In this document: positions 37,711 to 47,792 of the stretch, in pieces
How positions within the stretch are numbered: position 1 is the stretch's first letter
Layout of the letters: each line of letters begins with the position of its first letter
Origin: an uncultured bacterium
GTDB taxonomy: Bacteria; JAJVIF01; JAPKYR01
DNA: 62,187 bases
NCBI GenBank assembly: GCA_965369865.1
Contig: CBDURU010000005.1
Location: 1-62,187, forward strand
Direction: 5' to 3'
Program-made: the position numbers and the translations under genes
Notes under the pieces: model-generated
Seen by the model: only the letters and a program-made list of their open reading frames with translations
Told to the model about the DNA's origin: nothing
Databases searched by the model: none

Positions 37711-39720
37711 ATGTTTAATAAAATCCTAATCGCGAATCGCGGGGAAATTGCCTGCAGAATAATTCGTACCGCCCATGACATGGGTATTCAATGTGTCGCG
37801 ATTTACTCCGAGGCCGATCGAAATGCCATGCACGTTGCCATGGCCGATAAGGCGTATTGCATCGGCCCGGCCCCAAGCACCGAAAGTTATTTGAAAATTG
37901 ACACAATAATTGAGACGGCCCTGAAATCGGGAGTACAGGGGATTCATCCGGGTTACGGATTCCTTGCCGAAAATGCCGATTTCAGTCGTGCGTGTGATGA
38001 AGCGGGCATAACTTTCATCGGACCTCCCGCAAGCGCGATAGAAGCGATGGGTTCTAAAGCCGCAGCCAAGGACATAATGCTGGACGCGGATGTCCCGATG
38101 GTGCAGGGATATCATGGCGAGAACCAGGACCCGGATTTCCTTAAGAATTTCGCCGACAAAATCGGCTATCCCATTTTACTTAAACCATCGGCAGGCGGCG
38201 GCGGTAAGGGAATGCGGATTGTCCGGTCGGGCAAAGAATTTGATAGTTCCCTCGATTCCGCTAAACGTGAAGCGAAAGCAAGTTTTGGCGATGAAGCCAT
38301 GCTCATTGAAAAATACCTCACGCGTCCGCGGCATGTCGAGATCCAGGTTTTCGCTGATACGCACGGTAATGCAATTTACCTGGCGGAACGCGACTGTTCG
38401 GTACAGCGGCGCCATCAGAAAATTATTGAGGAAGCTCCCGCGCCGGGCCTTAGCGATGAAACCCGCAAGTCCATGGGTGCAACCGCGGTAAAGGCCGCGA
38501 AAGCGATCGGCTATGTGGGCGCGGGCACTGTGGAATTCCTTTACGATGAGGATGGCTCATTCTATTTCATGGAAATGAATACCCGTCTCCAGGTGGAACA
38601 CCCCGTCACCGAGTTCATCACCGGGCTCGATCTTGTGGAATGGCAGCTTCTCGTTGCGTCGGGCATGCCGCTTCCTTTGAAACAGGAAGAGGTTACGGTT
38701 AACGGTGCGGCGATTGAAGTGCGGATTTACGCAGAGGATCCTGATAATGAATTTCTCCCATCGACCGGCAAACTGGTGTATCTCCGTACGCCGGAAGAGA
38801 ATAAACATGTTAGGGTCGACACGGGTGTCAGGGAGAACGACGAGGTCAGTGTCTATTACGATCCCATGATCGCGAAGCTGATAGTCTGGGATGAAAATCG
38901 CGATCTTGCTATCCAGCGCATGGATAGCGCCCTCCAGAATTATCGTATCTCAGGTTTAAAAACAAATGTGTCTTTCCTTTCCAGCGTAATAAACAGCGAA
39001 CCGTTTGGGAGGGGGGATGTGGAAACAGGATTTATTGAAAGACATTACGATTCCCTGTTCAAGGATATTCCAACCGATGAAGATGCGCCTGCCCTGACAG
39101 CGTTGTACATCCTGTTAAAAAAATCAAAAACCGGGGCCATGGAAGCTTTGGCAACCTGCGATCCTTATTCGCCGTGGAACTTTTTCTCGGCCTGGAGATT
39201 AAATGACAATCCTGTTTATATAATCAAGCTTCTGAACGATGGCAGGGAAATCACAATTTCTGCCGATTTGAAAGGCAAATATTACCAACTGAAATTTGAA
39301 GGCAAAGACATCAGGGCATCGGGACACCTGTCCGGTGATACTCTGATTGCATCCCTTGACAACCGGAAATTCGATGTGGCGATCGCGGAGCACCTGAATC
39401 AGATTACAGTTTTCAATAAACGGTTGAGAAGCGAATTTCACAGTGTTGAAGAACAGTACGCCGATCTTGCCCATGATCAGGACGATGGCGGACTTACCGC
39501 TCCAATGAACGGGACAATTGTAGCCGTCCTGACAGAAGCCGGGGCAAAGGTGAAGAAAGGTGACGGGTTGATTGTCCTCGAAGCCATGAAAATGGAACAT
39601 AAAATTATGGCCCCGGACGACGGCACTGTGACCGATGTTTTCTTCAAGGTCGGCGACCTTGTCAAGGAGGGCACGGAGCTTATTGCGTTTAAAGCCGATG
39701 GGGACCAGGAGAGCGCGTAG
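37711..39720 (+). CDS. liuD: 3-methylcrotonyl-CoA carboxylase alpha (biotin carboxylase plus BCCP)
   Basis: ANRGEIA, GGGGKGMR, EMNTRLQVEHPVTE, EAMKMEH. Confidence 0.95.
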   Translation: MFNKILIANRGEIACRIIRTAHDMGIQCVAIYSEADRNAMHVAMADKAYCIGPAPSTESYLKIDTIIETALKSGVQGIHPGYGFLAENADFSRACDEAGITFIGPPASAIEAMGSKAAAKDIMLDADVPMVQGYHGENQDPDFLKNFADKIGYPILLKPSAGGGGKGMRIVRSGKEFDSSLDSAKREAKASFGDEAMLIEKYLTRPRHVEIQVFADTHGNAIYLAERDCSVQRRHQKIIEEAPAPGLSDETRKSMGATAVKAAKAIGYVGAGTVEFLYDEDGSFYFMEMNTRLQVEHPVTEFITGLDLVEWQLLVASGMPLPLKQEEVTVNGAAIEVRIYAEDPDNEFLPSTGKLVYLRTPEENKHVRVDTGVRENDEVSVYYDPMIAKLIVWDENRDLAIQRMDSALQNYRISGLKTNVSFLSSVINSEPFGRGDVETGFIERHYDSLFKDIPTDEDAPALTALYILLKKSKTGAMEALATCDPYSPWNFFSAWRLNDNPVYIIKLLNDGREITISADLKGKYYQLKFEGKDIRASGHLSGDTLIASLDNRKFDVAIAEHLNQITVFNKRLRSEFHSVEEQYADLAHDQDDGGLTAPMNGTIVAVLTEAGAKVKKGDGLIVLEAMKMEHKIMAPDDGTVTDVFFKVGDLVKEGTELIAFKADGDQESA

Positions 39721-39725
39721 CCGAG

Positions 39726-40634
39726 ATGGTATTTCCCAGAGAAGCCAGGATCGTTGAAGTCGGACCTCGCGATGGCCTTCAGAACGAACCGCTTCCCGTG
39801 ATTCCAGTCGAAACCAGAATTGAATTCATTAACATGCTGAGCCGAACCGGGCTGAAAAATATTGAGGCAGGGAGCTTCGTGTCCCCCAAATGGATTCCGC
39901 AGATGGAGGGTACGGGAGACGTCATCAAGGGCATTACAAGGAATCCGGGAGTTGTATATTCAGCATTAATTCCCAATGTAAATGGATTAAAAAAAGCAAT
40001 TGAAGCCAGGGTCGATGAGGTTGCGATATTGACAGCGGCTTCTGAAACTTTCTCGATGAAAAACCTTAACTGTTCGATTTCCGAAAGTATCGAACGTCTG
40101 GCAGAAGTAATTGACGAAGCTGAAAAACAGGGAATTCCAGTACGGGGATCCATTTCTACCGCGGTCACTTGTCCATACGAGGGAGATGTTTCGCCTGACA
40201 GGGTCGCCGGGTTAGCACGGGAATTATTTGGCATGGGCTGTCACGAGATTTGTGTATGCGACACAACCGGCACATGCACACCCATGCAGGCGAAACGTTT
40301 AATCGAAGTTGTCACTCATCATGTACCAGTCGAAAAGCTGGCAGTACATTTTCATGACACATACGGCCAGGCGCTGGTGAATATCTACGCCGTACTGGAA
40401 GAGGGTATCTCCATTGTCGAGAGTTCTGTCGGGGGACTTGGCGGATGCCCGTACGCCGAAGGTGCGTCGGGAAATGTCGCCACGGAGGACGTCGTTTTCA
40501 TGCTTGAAGGACTTGGGATTGAAACCGGAATCGATCTTGCGAATTTAATCGAAGCTGGAAATTTTATTACATCCAGCATCGGCCGTGTAAACGAATCAAA
40601 AGTTTCCAGGGCGGGTTATAATTGCGACCGCTGA
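39726..40634 (+). CDS. liuE: Hydroxymethylglutaryl-CoA lyase
   Basis: EVGPRDGLQNE, HFHDTYGQAL, GLGGCPYA.GASGNVATED. Confidence 0.96.
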   Translation: MVFPREARIVEVGPRDGLQNEPLPVIPVETRIEFINMLSRTGLKNIEAGSFVSPKWIPQMEGTGDVIKGITRNPGVVYSALIPNVNGLKKAIEARVDEVAILTAASETFSMKNLNCSISESIERLAEVIDEAEKQGIPVRGSISTAVTCPYEGDVSPDRVAGLARELFGMGCHEICVCDTTGTCTPMQAKRLIEVVTHHVPVEKLAVHFHDTYGQALVNIYAVLEEGISIVESSVGGLGGCPYAEGASGNVATEDVVFMLEGLGIETGIDLANLIEAGNFITSSIGRVNESKVSRAGYNCDR

Positions 40635-40653
40635 ACCAGGAAAGGAGTTCGTC

Positions 40654-42612
40654 ATGACATCACCACTTTGGACACCATCGGAAGAACAGATCGCCAGGGC
40701 AAACCTGACCCGGTTTATCGGCCAGGTTAATAGCCGGTTTGAGAAGGACATTAAAAATTTCGATCAGCTTCACGAATGGAGTATTGATGAGAGGGAGAAT
40801 TTCTGGTCTTTAGTGTGGGATTTCGGCGGGATAATAGCGTCGAACAAGGGGGAACGAATACTGGTCGACGGCCATAAAATGCCGGGATCCGTCTGGTTCC
40901 CGGACGCGACATTGAATTTCGCTGAAAACCTCCTTAAGTTCCGTGATGATAAAACCGCCCTGGTTTTCCGGGGTGAGGATGGAAGGCGTGAATCCCTGAC
41001 CTACTCCGAACTCTATACCCGTGTGGCGCAACTCGCATCGGCCTTGAAAAACGCGGGTGTGGTAAAGGACGATTGTGTCGTCGGATTCATGCCGAACATA
41101 ATCGAGGCTGTTATCGCTATGCTCGCGACCACAAGTATCGGTGCGATCTGGAGCTCCTGCTCGCCAGATTTTGGCATCAACGGCGTCGTCGACAGGTTCG
41201 GGCAGATCAAACCGAAAGTCATGTTCACCGCGGACAGCTACCTCTACAACGGTAAAACTTTCAATTCACTCGAAAGGGTCGAGGGAATCCAGCAGCGATT
41301 GACATCGGTCGAGAAAATTATCGTTGTGCCATTCATTTCCGACAAACCCGATATCTCAAAATTAAATAATGCGATCCTCCTTAATGATTTCATCGATCCG
41401 TCGGCTTCCGATATCGAGTTTGAACAGGTCGGGTTCAATCACCCGGTTTACGTGATGTACTCGTCAGGGACAACCGGAATTCCAAAATGCATCGTTCACG
41501 GTGTCGGCGGAACTTTGATCCAGCACCTTAAGGAACATATTCTGCACACCGACATCACCCGCGACGATACTTTATTCTATTTCACGACCTGCGGCTGGAT
41601 GATGTGGAACTGGCTTGTGAGCGCTCTCGCTGTGGGTTGCACGGTATTATTATTCGATGGTTCGCCATTTTTCCCGGAACCGCGGGTCCTGTTCGATGTC
41701 GCCGACTCCGAGGGTATGACAGTATTCGGGACAAGCGCGAAATATATCTCGGCACTCGAAAATGCGGGCGTAAAACCCAAAGGTACGCACGATCTTTCAA
41801 AACTAAGGGCGATGTGCTCCACTGGATCGCCCCTTGCCCATGAGAGTTTTGAATATGTCTACAGGGACATAAAATCGGATCTCGACCTTGCTTCAATCTC
41901 TGGCGGGACCGACATCATTTCCTGCTTTACCCTCGGATGCCCGATTATTCCGGTCTATGCAAGTGAATTGCAATGTCTCGGGCTTGGTATGGACGTGCGG
42001 ATTTTCAACGATAACGGTGAAGCGGTAAAACAGGAAAAAGGCGAACTTGTCTGCTGTAATTCGTTCCCGTCGATGCCCATCTATTTCTGGGATGATGAGG
42101 ACGGGCGGAAATATCACGACGCCTATTTCGATCGCTTCGATAACATCTGGTGCCACGGCGATTACGCCGAACTGACCGAACACAACGGAATTATCATGCA
42201 CGGACGGTCCGACGCGGTTCTGAATCCGGGCGGCGTGCGTATCGGAACTTCTGAAATCTACAGCCAGGTCGAAAAAGTGGAGGGCGTGGTTGAGGGTATC
42301 GCGATCGGGCAGGACTGGGAGGGCGATGTCCGCGTGGTCCTGTTTGTCGTACTCCAGGAGGGTTATTCTCTCGATGATGAAATGATAAAAAATATCCGCA
42401 CGACAATCCGCTCCAATACCACTCCGCGGCATGTCCCTGCGAAAATTATCCAGGTTAAGGATATCCCCCGAACGATAAGCGGAAAAATTGTCGAGCTGGC
42501 GGTGCGTAAGGTGGTACATAACGAGGAGGTAAAAAATATAGACGCCCTCGCGAACCCCGAAACACTTGAATATTTCAGGAATTTGGAGGAGTTGAAGACT
42601 AAGAGACTCTAA
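40654..42612 (+). CDS. aacS: Acetoacetate-CoA ligase
   Basis: WSSCSPDFG, YSSGTTGIPKCIVH, GWMMWNW, SISGGTDIISCF, GRSDAVLNPGGVRIG. Confidence 0.95.
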   Translation: MTSPLWTPSEEQIARANLTRFIGQVNSRFEKDIKNFDQLHEWSIDERENFWSLVWDFGGIIASNKGERILVDGHKMPGSVWFPDATLNFAENLLKFRDDKTALVFRGEDGRRESLTYSELYTRVAQLASALKNAGVVKDDCVVGFMPNIIEAVIAMLATTSIGAIWSSCSPDFGINGVVDRFGQIKPKVMFTADSYLYNGKTFNSLERVEGIQQRLTSVEKIIVVPFISDKPDISKLNNAILLNDFIDPSASDIEFEQVGFNHPVYVMYSSGTTGIPKCIVHGVGGTLIQHLKEHILHTDITRDDTLFYFTTCGWMMWNWLVSALAVGCTVLLFDGSPFFPEPRVLFDVADSEGMTVFGTSAKYISALENAGVKPKGTHDLSKLRAMCSTGSPLAHESFEYVYRDIKSDLDLASISGGTDIISCFTLGCPIIPVYASELQCLGLGMDVRIFNDNGEAVKQEKGELVCCNSFPSMPIYFWDDEDGRKYHDAYFDRFDNIWCHGDYAELTEHNGIIMHGRSDAVLNPGGVRIGTSEIYSQVEKVEGVVEGIAIGQDWEGDVRVVLFVVLQEGYSLDDEMIKNIRTTIRSNTTPRHVPAKIIQVKDIPRTISGKIVELAVRKVVHNEEVKNIDALANPETLEYFRNLEELKTKRL

Positions 42613-42841
42613 CAAAATGAGTAAATTCATTGGACCGTAACAGAGGCACGACCGTCAGGGAGTGCACAAAACAGTAGCCCCGTAAGCAAGTGCCCCCATA
42701 TGAGCGTCACCAAATAATTCATCAATGCACTCCCTGACGGTCGTGCCTCTGAATTGTGCTGTTTTGTGCTGATATAATATTAAAAAAAACACCGGTCCCA
42801 CCCGACGGCAATTCAATATAAACTCATTTTGTTAGGGACTC
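42603..42841. mobile_element. Second MITE-like element (239 bp), overlapping the aacS stop codon
   Basis: TIR GAGACTCTAACAAAATGAGT / ACTCATTTTGTTAGGGACTC (18/20), flanked by TAA and TTA (or TA and TA if the ends are one base longer). Confidence 0.65.
42641..42751. repeat. Perfect 26-bp inverted REP doublet inside the MITE
   Basis: CAGAGGCACGACCGTCAGGGAGTGCA (42641-42666) and its exact reverse complement (42726-42751). Confidence 0.9.
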
Positions 42842-42857
42842 TTAAGAAAATTTACCA

Positions 42858-43001
42858 GGGGACACCTGCTTTTCACATGGCGTGAAAAGAGATGTCCCCA
42901 TTATTTATCCCCATTATTTATCTACAGGGGACTGGCAAACAAATTTACCGGCTATGTTAAAGGGGACACCTTCAACTCTGGAAGAGTGGAAAGGCGTCCC
43001 C
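42858..43001. repeat. Two GGGGACACC...GTCCCC hairpins
   Basis: Hairpins at 42858-42899 and 42962-43001, each followed by a short tandem duplication (CCCCATTATTTATC x2; CCGATTAGTTCT x2). Confidence 0.65.
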
Positions 43002-43031
43002 GATTAGTTCTGCCGATTAGTTCTAAAACTA

Positions 43032-46000
43032 TCACATAATGACATTCAGGCCGCTTGATGATGCGGCGTAGATAATACTCCCGTCCGCCGCAAGGCCGTC
43101 CGCGTTGTAGAGATCAAGTTCACCCACAAGCAGGATGCTCGATGGATCAGTAATATTGTAGATGTAAATCCCGAAATTGGATTCGCTTACATACGCGTGC
43201 CCGTTGACAATCACAATTTCCTTCGAGAATGTCGATGGTGATTCAGCGTTCGTGTCGAGTAAAGGCGGATCGACCGAATTCACCGAAAGATCGAACGTCG
43301 AGATATCGCCCATCGTGTTCACGGCAAATAAAATAAATCCATCGATACCGAGAGTCTCCAGGTTTGCCGGACCGAATGAATTCATATAGAACGGGGAGGC
43401 CGGATCGGCAAGATCGAAAACCATACAACCTGCGTTGCTGTGCGCGAGGTAGAGAAGCGATCCATAATCAATCATCTGGTTTGCGAAACCTGCTGGAAGA
43501 TTGACAGGCGGAGGCCAGGTTATTGAATACGGATCGGTAATATCCAGGGGCTGGAGGCTTGTCGGGGATGTCGTATCGATGTAAAGCCAGTTCCCATAGA
43601 GGATTCCATCTTGCTGACCAATATCGTAGGTATTCACCGTCAGTGGACTTGAAGGATTACTGCAGTCAACGATAGTCAAATTAAATTGACCGGTGATGTA
43701 CGCAAAAGTGCCGTCGAACGAAAGGTTCCTGTAATTACCACCATCGTCCCATGTTCCCAGTTCAACCAGGTAGACAGGGTCGGTACGGTCGAAAACCTTG
43801 ATTCCCGCCCAACCGTTTGTGGTTACCAGGAGATTCCCGGAATAAGCCACGTCGGTTGCCTGTCCCGGTATGTTGTTTAAGATCACCGGATTTGCGGGAT
43901 CACCGCCGGGTATCGGGATACAGCTCCGCGTTTCGAGATTAACGTCCTCATTACCTGCCTGATCTTCGGCCTTGACAACAAAATACCATTCAATGTCCCC
44001 GGTCAGGTTGTAGACCTTAGCCTCAAGGTCCGTAAGGATTCCAGGCCAGACCTCGATATCCTGAATTGTCTGGGCTGAGGCAATATCGAACGGAAAGGTA
44101 TCCGAATAATAAACGTTATAATTAACCGGAGGCGTTAACAGATCGGTCGCTTCGTTGAAACCCAGTAATGCCGATGAGTAACCCGCCTGGGCAGACTGGA
44201 TGCCGATTATTGTATCCCATACAGGAGGGTCGGTATCGGTTCCGATAACCATGTCGTCACTGACGATCGGAAACTGGTTGTAGTGAGCGACAATCTGTTC
44301 TTCTGTTACGACATCCTTGTAACTTGGAACTGAAAGGCTGAGCGTGCTGTTAGCCGGTGTGTAACCGAGATCGGCAGTTATGAATAGCGTCAATTCGCCG
44401 GTCCAATACTGACCGATATTTTCTATTTTAAACCTGTTGGATCCAGGGTAACTTTCCTGGGCGATCAATTCATCGTTCTCGTCGTAAATTTTATTATCAT
44501 TTGAATCCCGGTAAACATACAATGTTTCGACATTTGGATTGGGTATGCTGCCCGCCTTCGAAATATTCAGTTGATCGAGCGTCGCGCCGATACCGATCTC
44601 CAGGTCAAGTTTCAAAAGCGGAATGTCGGTGCCCTGCTGATGAATAAAAATTGGCGCCAGGCTTTCACCGGTCACGGTTAACACATTGGAAACCGATTCC
44701 ATTTGAATTCCATAGGTGGTTGAATTGCCTTCCGCCGGTGAAAATACCTTCAGGAAATATTTCTCACCTGCGATACCACTGGCAAATTCGATCTGCTCGA
44801 AGCTTGAATAATAATGATTCTGTCCTGTGGAGCTACCTATAAGGTTTGTCATCGCCGGATCGGAATAAAGCTCGATATCGAGATTCTCACCCCATGTGAA
44901 AATGTCCAGATCGATATAGAGGTACCCGGTTACATCCATCGCGAACCGGTACAGGTCATAAACATCATGGTATGGATTCCCCGGGACATCGTGGATCGTA
45001 TCGTAAATTTCAGCGTCTGGAATATCCAGTGTAACGAAACCATCCGGATCCTCAAGGCCCGCCCACCTGTCCGAACCGAATACAGCCCTTAAAGCATTAA
45101 CGCGCCCGTGGCCGGTCTGGATATCGAACCCGGGCACGTCCAGGTCGTCAGCGGTCTGTTCAATTCTTTCCCAGCACCAGGTACCCGATTTCCACGGGAA
45201 ATAGGATTTTATCAGCGCCATTACACCTGCAGCCATCGGGGTAGCGCACGATGTACCGCCAAAAAACCCGGCAGATCCGTAACCATCCCAATAGGCGCTA
45301 TAGTGGCTTCCGTGGGTTGTAGTATACTGGGAGCCGTAACCCATTACCGTCATGTGATTCCCGTAATTCGATCCCCAGTAAAATCCGTCTTCGCCATATA
45401 CGATTCTTTTCTCGTCCCTCGGTTGAAGATATTCTGTGAACGGGCATGAACCACCGATTGCCATCACTGAATCATACGCGTTTGGATAGCAGGGAGTGGT
45501 AGTACTTTCGTTACCTATACCGCCCATGAGGATTACCCCGTGACCATCCTGCCAGGCATCGTCGCAGGCGGTTTCCATAATTTGAGAATAATCGTAGGTG
45601 CGGAACGACATGCTGACAATATCCGCTTCGTTCACGCTGGCGTAGTTCATGCCTTCGACGACAGTCGACACCAGCCCCCCATAACCGGTCAGGTCGACCT
45701 TTACCGCCATGATTTTTATACCAGGAGCGATACCGGATAATCCCCTCTCATTGTCCTGGACCGCGGCAACAACTCCGGAGCACGCGGTGCCGTGGTACCT
45801 GGCATAAGCACCGTCATCGTATGGGTCGTTATCCATGTCCCATGCGTCCCATCCCCACCAGTCATCGATATACCCGTTGTTATCGTCATCAGTACCGTTG
45901 TCCGGGATTTCATCCTCGTTGATCCAGATATTGTCGTGAAGGTCCTCATGATCGAACTTCACCCCGGTATCCATCACACACACAACGATATCTTCCAATC

Positions 46001-46580
46001 CCGTCGAATCATTCCATACAAGACTCGCACCGACCATTGCCGGACCCCACTGGTCATACGGCGAATCCCTGGGATCGGTTGGATCATCAGCGTACGCCCA
46101 CATCGGATCGTTAGGGAAATAAGGCTCATCGCAGAAATACAGTATGAAATTCGGTTCTGCAATACGCACCATAGGGTCGGCGTTCAAAATTTCCACCATC
46201 TCGGGGACAGGAGTTCCGTCGGTAATTTCCAGCCTGTATACTGTGCCCCACCGGCATGTTATAACTTGGAGAGGGTTAAGCGGGAGGTTCGCGATGAGCG
46301 ATGTGTCCGGGGTGACGGAAGAATCCTCCATGACGATAAGTATCTCATCGGGCATATAGGAAAGATTGTTATCCTGCTCCATGGTTCCTCCGACAGGACC
46401 GTAATTATGTCCGGAATTAATACCATTGCCCGCTTCGATTCCATAATCGGCATCCGGGTCGCCTGGATACGGGGAAACCGGGCTGTGTTTACCGCTGCAT
46501 CCGACTGTAAATAGAATAATCAACGCGATGGCGATAATAAGTCCTGGAATTTTTAAAAACCGATCGATTTTGATTGCCAT
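43032..46580 (-). CDS. S8 subtilase lipoprotein with PPC/FN3-like and LVIVD-like repeat domains
   Basis: LFTVGC lipobox; triad VMDTG, HGTACSG, GTSCATP; C-terminal G...(F/Y)D.(S/T)(D/N)P..P repeats. Confidence 0.9.
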   Translation of the reverse strand: MAIKIDRFLKIPGLIIAIALIILFTVGCSGKHSPVSPYPGDPDADYGIEAGNGINSGHNYGPVGGTMEQDNNLSYMPDEILIVMEDSSVTPDTSLIANLPLNPLQVITCRWGTVYRLEITDGTPVPEMVEILNADPMVRIAEPNFILYFCDEPYFPNDPMWAYADDPTDPRDSPYDQWGPAMVGASLVWNDSTGLEDIVVCVMDTGVKFDHEDLHDNIWINEDEIPDNGTDDDNNGYIDDWWGWDAWDMDNDPYDDGAYARYHGTACSGVVAAVQDNERGLSGIAPGIKIMAVKVDLTGYGGLVSTVVEGMNYASVNEADIVSMSFRTYDYSQIMETACDDAWQDGHGVILMGGIGNESTTTPCYPNAYDSVMAIGGSCPFTEYLQPRDEKRIVYGEDGFYWGSNYGNHMTVMGYGSQYTTTHGSHYSAYWDGYGSAGFFGGTSCATPMAAGVMALIKSYFPWKSGTWCWERIEQTADDLDVPGFDIQTGHGRVNALRAVFGSDRWAGLEDPDGFVTLDIPDAEIYDTIHDVPGNPYHDVYDLYRFAMDVTGYLYIDLDIFTWGENLDIELYSDPAMTNLIGSSTGQNHYYSSFEQIEFASGIAGEKYFLKVFSPAEGNSTTYGIQMESVSNVLTVTGESLAPIFIHQQGTDIPLLKLDLEIGIGATLDQLNISKAGSIPNPNVETLYVYRDSNDNKIYDENDELIAQESYPGSNRFKIENIGQYWTGELTLFITADLGYTPANSTLSLSVPSYKDVVTEEQIVAHYNQFPIVSDDMVIGTDTDPPVWDTIIGIQSAQAGYSSALLGFNEATDLLTPPVNYNVYYSDTFPFDIASAQTIQDIEVWPGILTDLEAKVYNLTGDIEWYFVVKAEDQAGNEDVNLETRSCIPIPGGDPANPVILNNIPGQATDVAYSGNLLVTTNGWAGIKVFDRTDPVYLVELGTWDDGGNYRNLSFDGTFAYITGQFNLTIVDCSNPSSPLTVNTYDIGQQDGILYGNWLYIDTTSPTSLQPLDITDPYSITWPPPVNLPAGFANQMIDYGSLLYLAHSNAGCMVFDLADPASPFYMNSFGPANLETLGIDGFILFAVNTMGDISTFDLSVNSVDPPLLDTNAESPSTFSKEIVIVNGHAYVSESNFGIYIYNITDPSSILLVGELDLYNADGLAADGSIIYAASSSGLNVIM

Positions 46581-46709
46581 GTGATTCTCCGATATAAAAC
46601 TGAAGCCTAATCCTTATATGCAATAGATAATTAATGATACCGCATTTCCGAAAATTTACCAATTCATTTGAATTAATTCATGAATTTGGAATTTGAATTC
46701 CTTCACCAT

Positions 46710-47723
46710 CTACAACCCGGCTTTCACTAAATCCAGCAGTCTCAGCATTCCTACAACCTTTCCTTCACCATCTACCACCGGTATCTGGCTGATCTGGTGC
46801 TGCTCCATAAACCTGAGTGCATCGTATGCCTGGGTGCTCTCGGTAATCCTTTTCGGATCGTGTATCATTATTTTCCCGACTCCGGTCTCCATAAGGGAGT
46901 CGATCGACTGCTTCTCTTTCTCCGCTTGTTCGAGAAGTCTCTTGATATCACCGTCTGTAATGATCCCCTTAAGGCGCTCGTTTCCGTCAACCACGCTGAC
47001 AGCTCCAAGACGTTTTGCGGTCAGCTCGAATAACGCCTCCCGAAACGCTTCGCGATCCTTAACCCTTGGATCGTCCGGGGCCAATGTCATTATGTCCGAC
47101 ACTTTCAGTGTTAGTCGTTTCCCGATCGAGCCTGCCGGATGGCGTTTTGCGAGATCATCCTTACCCAGACCCCTCCGCTCCATTACCACAAGCGCGAGCG
47201 CGTCCCCAAGCGCAAGCTGGGCTGCGGTGGATGCTGTCGGAATCAGGTTATGCGGGTCGGCTTCGCGTTCAACTTTACACGGAAGAACCATGTCCGCCAT
47301 GGTCGCGAGCGAACTTTCCGGACGGCCGGTGATCACGATAACCTTCGCGCCGATTGCCTTGATTCCCGGCATGAGTCCGAGAATCTCGGAAGATTCACCG
47401 GAATTCGAGATAAGGATCGAGACATCATCGGGAAGGATGGCGCCCAGGTCGCCATGTACACCCTCGGTTGGATGCAGGAACAGTGCAGGTGTGCCGGTTG
47501 AAAGAAAGGTAGCGGCAATTTTACGCCCGATAATCCCTGACTTCCCCACTCCACTGACCACAACCCGCCCCGGACATTTCAGGATCGCCCTTACTGCAAT
47601 ATCGAAACTGTCACCAAGTGTTTCAGCCAGGGCTCTCAAGGAGTCAGCCTCGCAAAGGATAATTTCCTTAGCCCTTCCAAGGGGGGTTACCGGGATGTCA
47701 GTATTTACTTGTGAGCTATCCAT
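46710..47723 (-). CDS. kdsD: Arabinose-5-phosphate isomerase (KpsF/GutQ family, SIS plus 2 CBS)
   Basis: GVGKSGIIG, HPTEGVHGDLG, SNSGES, PTASTA, HPAGSIG, GIITDGD. Confidence 0.94.
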   Translation of the reverse strand: MDSSQVNTDIPVTPLGRAKEIILCEADSLRALAETLGDSFDIAVRAILKCPGRVVVSGVGKSGIIGRKIAATFLSTGTPALFLHPTEGVHGDLGAILPDDVSILISNSGESSEILGLMPGIKAIGAKVIVITGRPESSLATMADMVLPCKVEREADPHNLIPTASTAAQLALGDALALVVMERRGLGKDDLAKRHPAGSIGKRLTLKVSDIMTLAPDDPRVKDREAFREALFELTAKRLGAVSVVDGNERLKGIITDGDIKRLLEQAEKEKQSIDSLMETGVGKIMIHDPKRITESTQAYDALRFMEQHQISQIPVVDGEGKVVGMLRLLDLVKAGL

Positions 47724-47792
47724 GCAGGTCGCCGGATTTATTCAATGTGACCGTACAGTGTAACCGAGACACGCCTGAATTCCAAACGGGAG

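Noticed and set aside
46693-47763. 356-aa plus-strand ORF (also 49508-50425, 19352-20119, 41893-42630, 45792-46514)
   Set aside because: Antisense shadows of well-supported genes, with no recognisable motifs.
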